From Terriglobia bacterium (GTDB lineage: Bacteria > Acidobacteriota > Terriglobia > Terriglobales > Acidobacteriaceae), in assembly GCA_963796205.1 (NCBI GenBank), contig CAWCKR010000004.1, positions 742,726 through 766,725 on the forward strand: DNA of 24,000 nucleotides, in the 5' to 3' direction. The position numbers and the translations under genes were made by a program. The notes beneath the pieces are model-generated. The model searched no databases and was not told the DNA's origin. It worked only from the letters and a program-made list of their open reading frames with translations. Positions 23,822 through 24,000 of this stretch are shown one piece after another (position 1 is the stretch's first letter; each line of letters opens with the position of its first letter).

Positions 23822-24000
23822 CAAGGCGCGAACTCACCATCGGCGCAATGACGTTTCTCCTGATGCTCTCCGCTTGCTCGCGCAAGTCTGCCCCGGCATC
23901 AAGTCCTGCAGGCACGGCCTTCGGCGCTGCTATCGTCGAATCAAGTGGAGGCAAGCAGATCGGAGCCACCGGCGCGACCCTCAGCCAACCAATCGTCGTC
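23818..24000 (+). CDS. lipoprotein, partial (continues beyond the window)
   Basis: The ATG overlaps the upstream stop (ATGA). MTRRELTIGAMTFLLMLSAC has a lipobox-like LSAC. The frame is open to the window end. Confidence 0.5.
   Translation, partial: MTRRELTIGAMTFLLMLSACSRKSAPASSPAGTAFGAAIVESSGGKQIGATGATLSQPIVV

Noticed and set aside
1-24000. CRISPR arrays, rRNA genes, transposases, integrases, or recognisable phage or defence genes.
   Set aside because: No spaced direct-repeat array or tandem repeat was visible, and no ORF shows transposase, integrase, nuclease or defence-type motifs that I can recognise.

Overview
GC-rich bacterial chromosomal window. The gene content suggests an Acidobacteriota-like soil bacterium; this is inference only, from the PEP-CTERM protein, the Ser/Thr-kinase-TM-TPR architecture, the sigma-54 regulator and a palindromic intergenic repeat. 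Left to right: (1) a CI/LexA-like XRE regulator and two small unknown genes. (2) An orphan sigma-54-dependent response regulator. (3) A DUF5996-like gene and a GH20 beta-N-acetylhexosaminidase. (4) A PEP-CTERM protein behind a near-consensus sigma-54 promoter. (5) A Ser/Thr kinase and a TPR protein that read as one gene split by a frameshift. (6) An FmdB zinc-ribbon gene with a probable frameshifted tail, and an alpha/beta hydrolase. (7) A MITE/REP-like inverted-repeat element. (8) A clan GH-A glycoside hydrolase broken by four frameshifts, and a possible sulfatase relic. (9) tRNA-Arg(TCT). (10) The most interesting part, from about 15.35 kb to the window end. It holds a CRP/FNR-type palindrome, then a two-gene operon encoding a Cyc2-like fused monohaem cytochrome-porin and an amicyanin-like cupredoxin. 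A tightly coupled operon follows: a cytoplasmic GltD-like FAD/NAD(P)/Fe-S oxidoreductase, a Tat-type Rieske protein, a split b6-type cytochrome b with a subunit-IV-like protein, a membrane-anchored octahaem cytochrome c and a lipoprotein. I read this as a candidate outer-membrane-to-NAD(P) electron conduit, for example Fe(II)/extracellular electron uptake feeding a Rieske/cyt b complex with its own NAD(P) oxidoreductase module. Family calls rest on motifs read by eye; no searches or structure predictions were run. Many long antisense ORFs in the track are GC-driven shadows and were not called.
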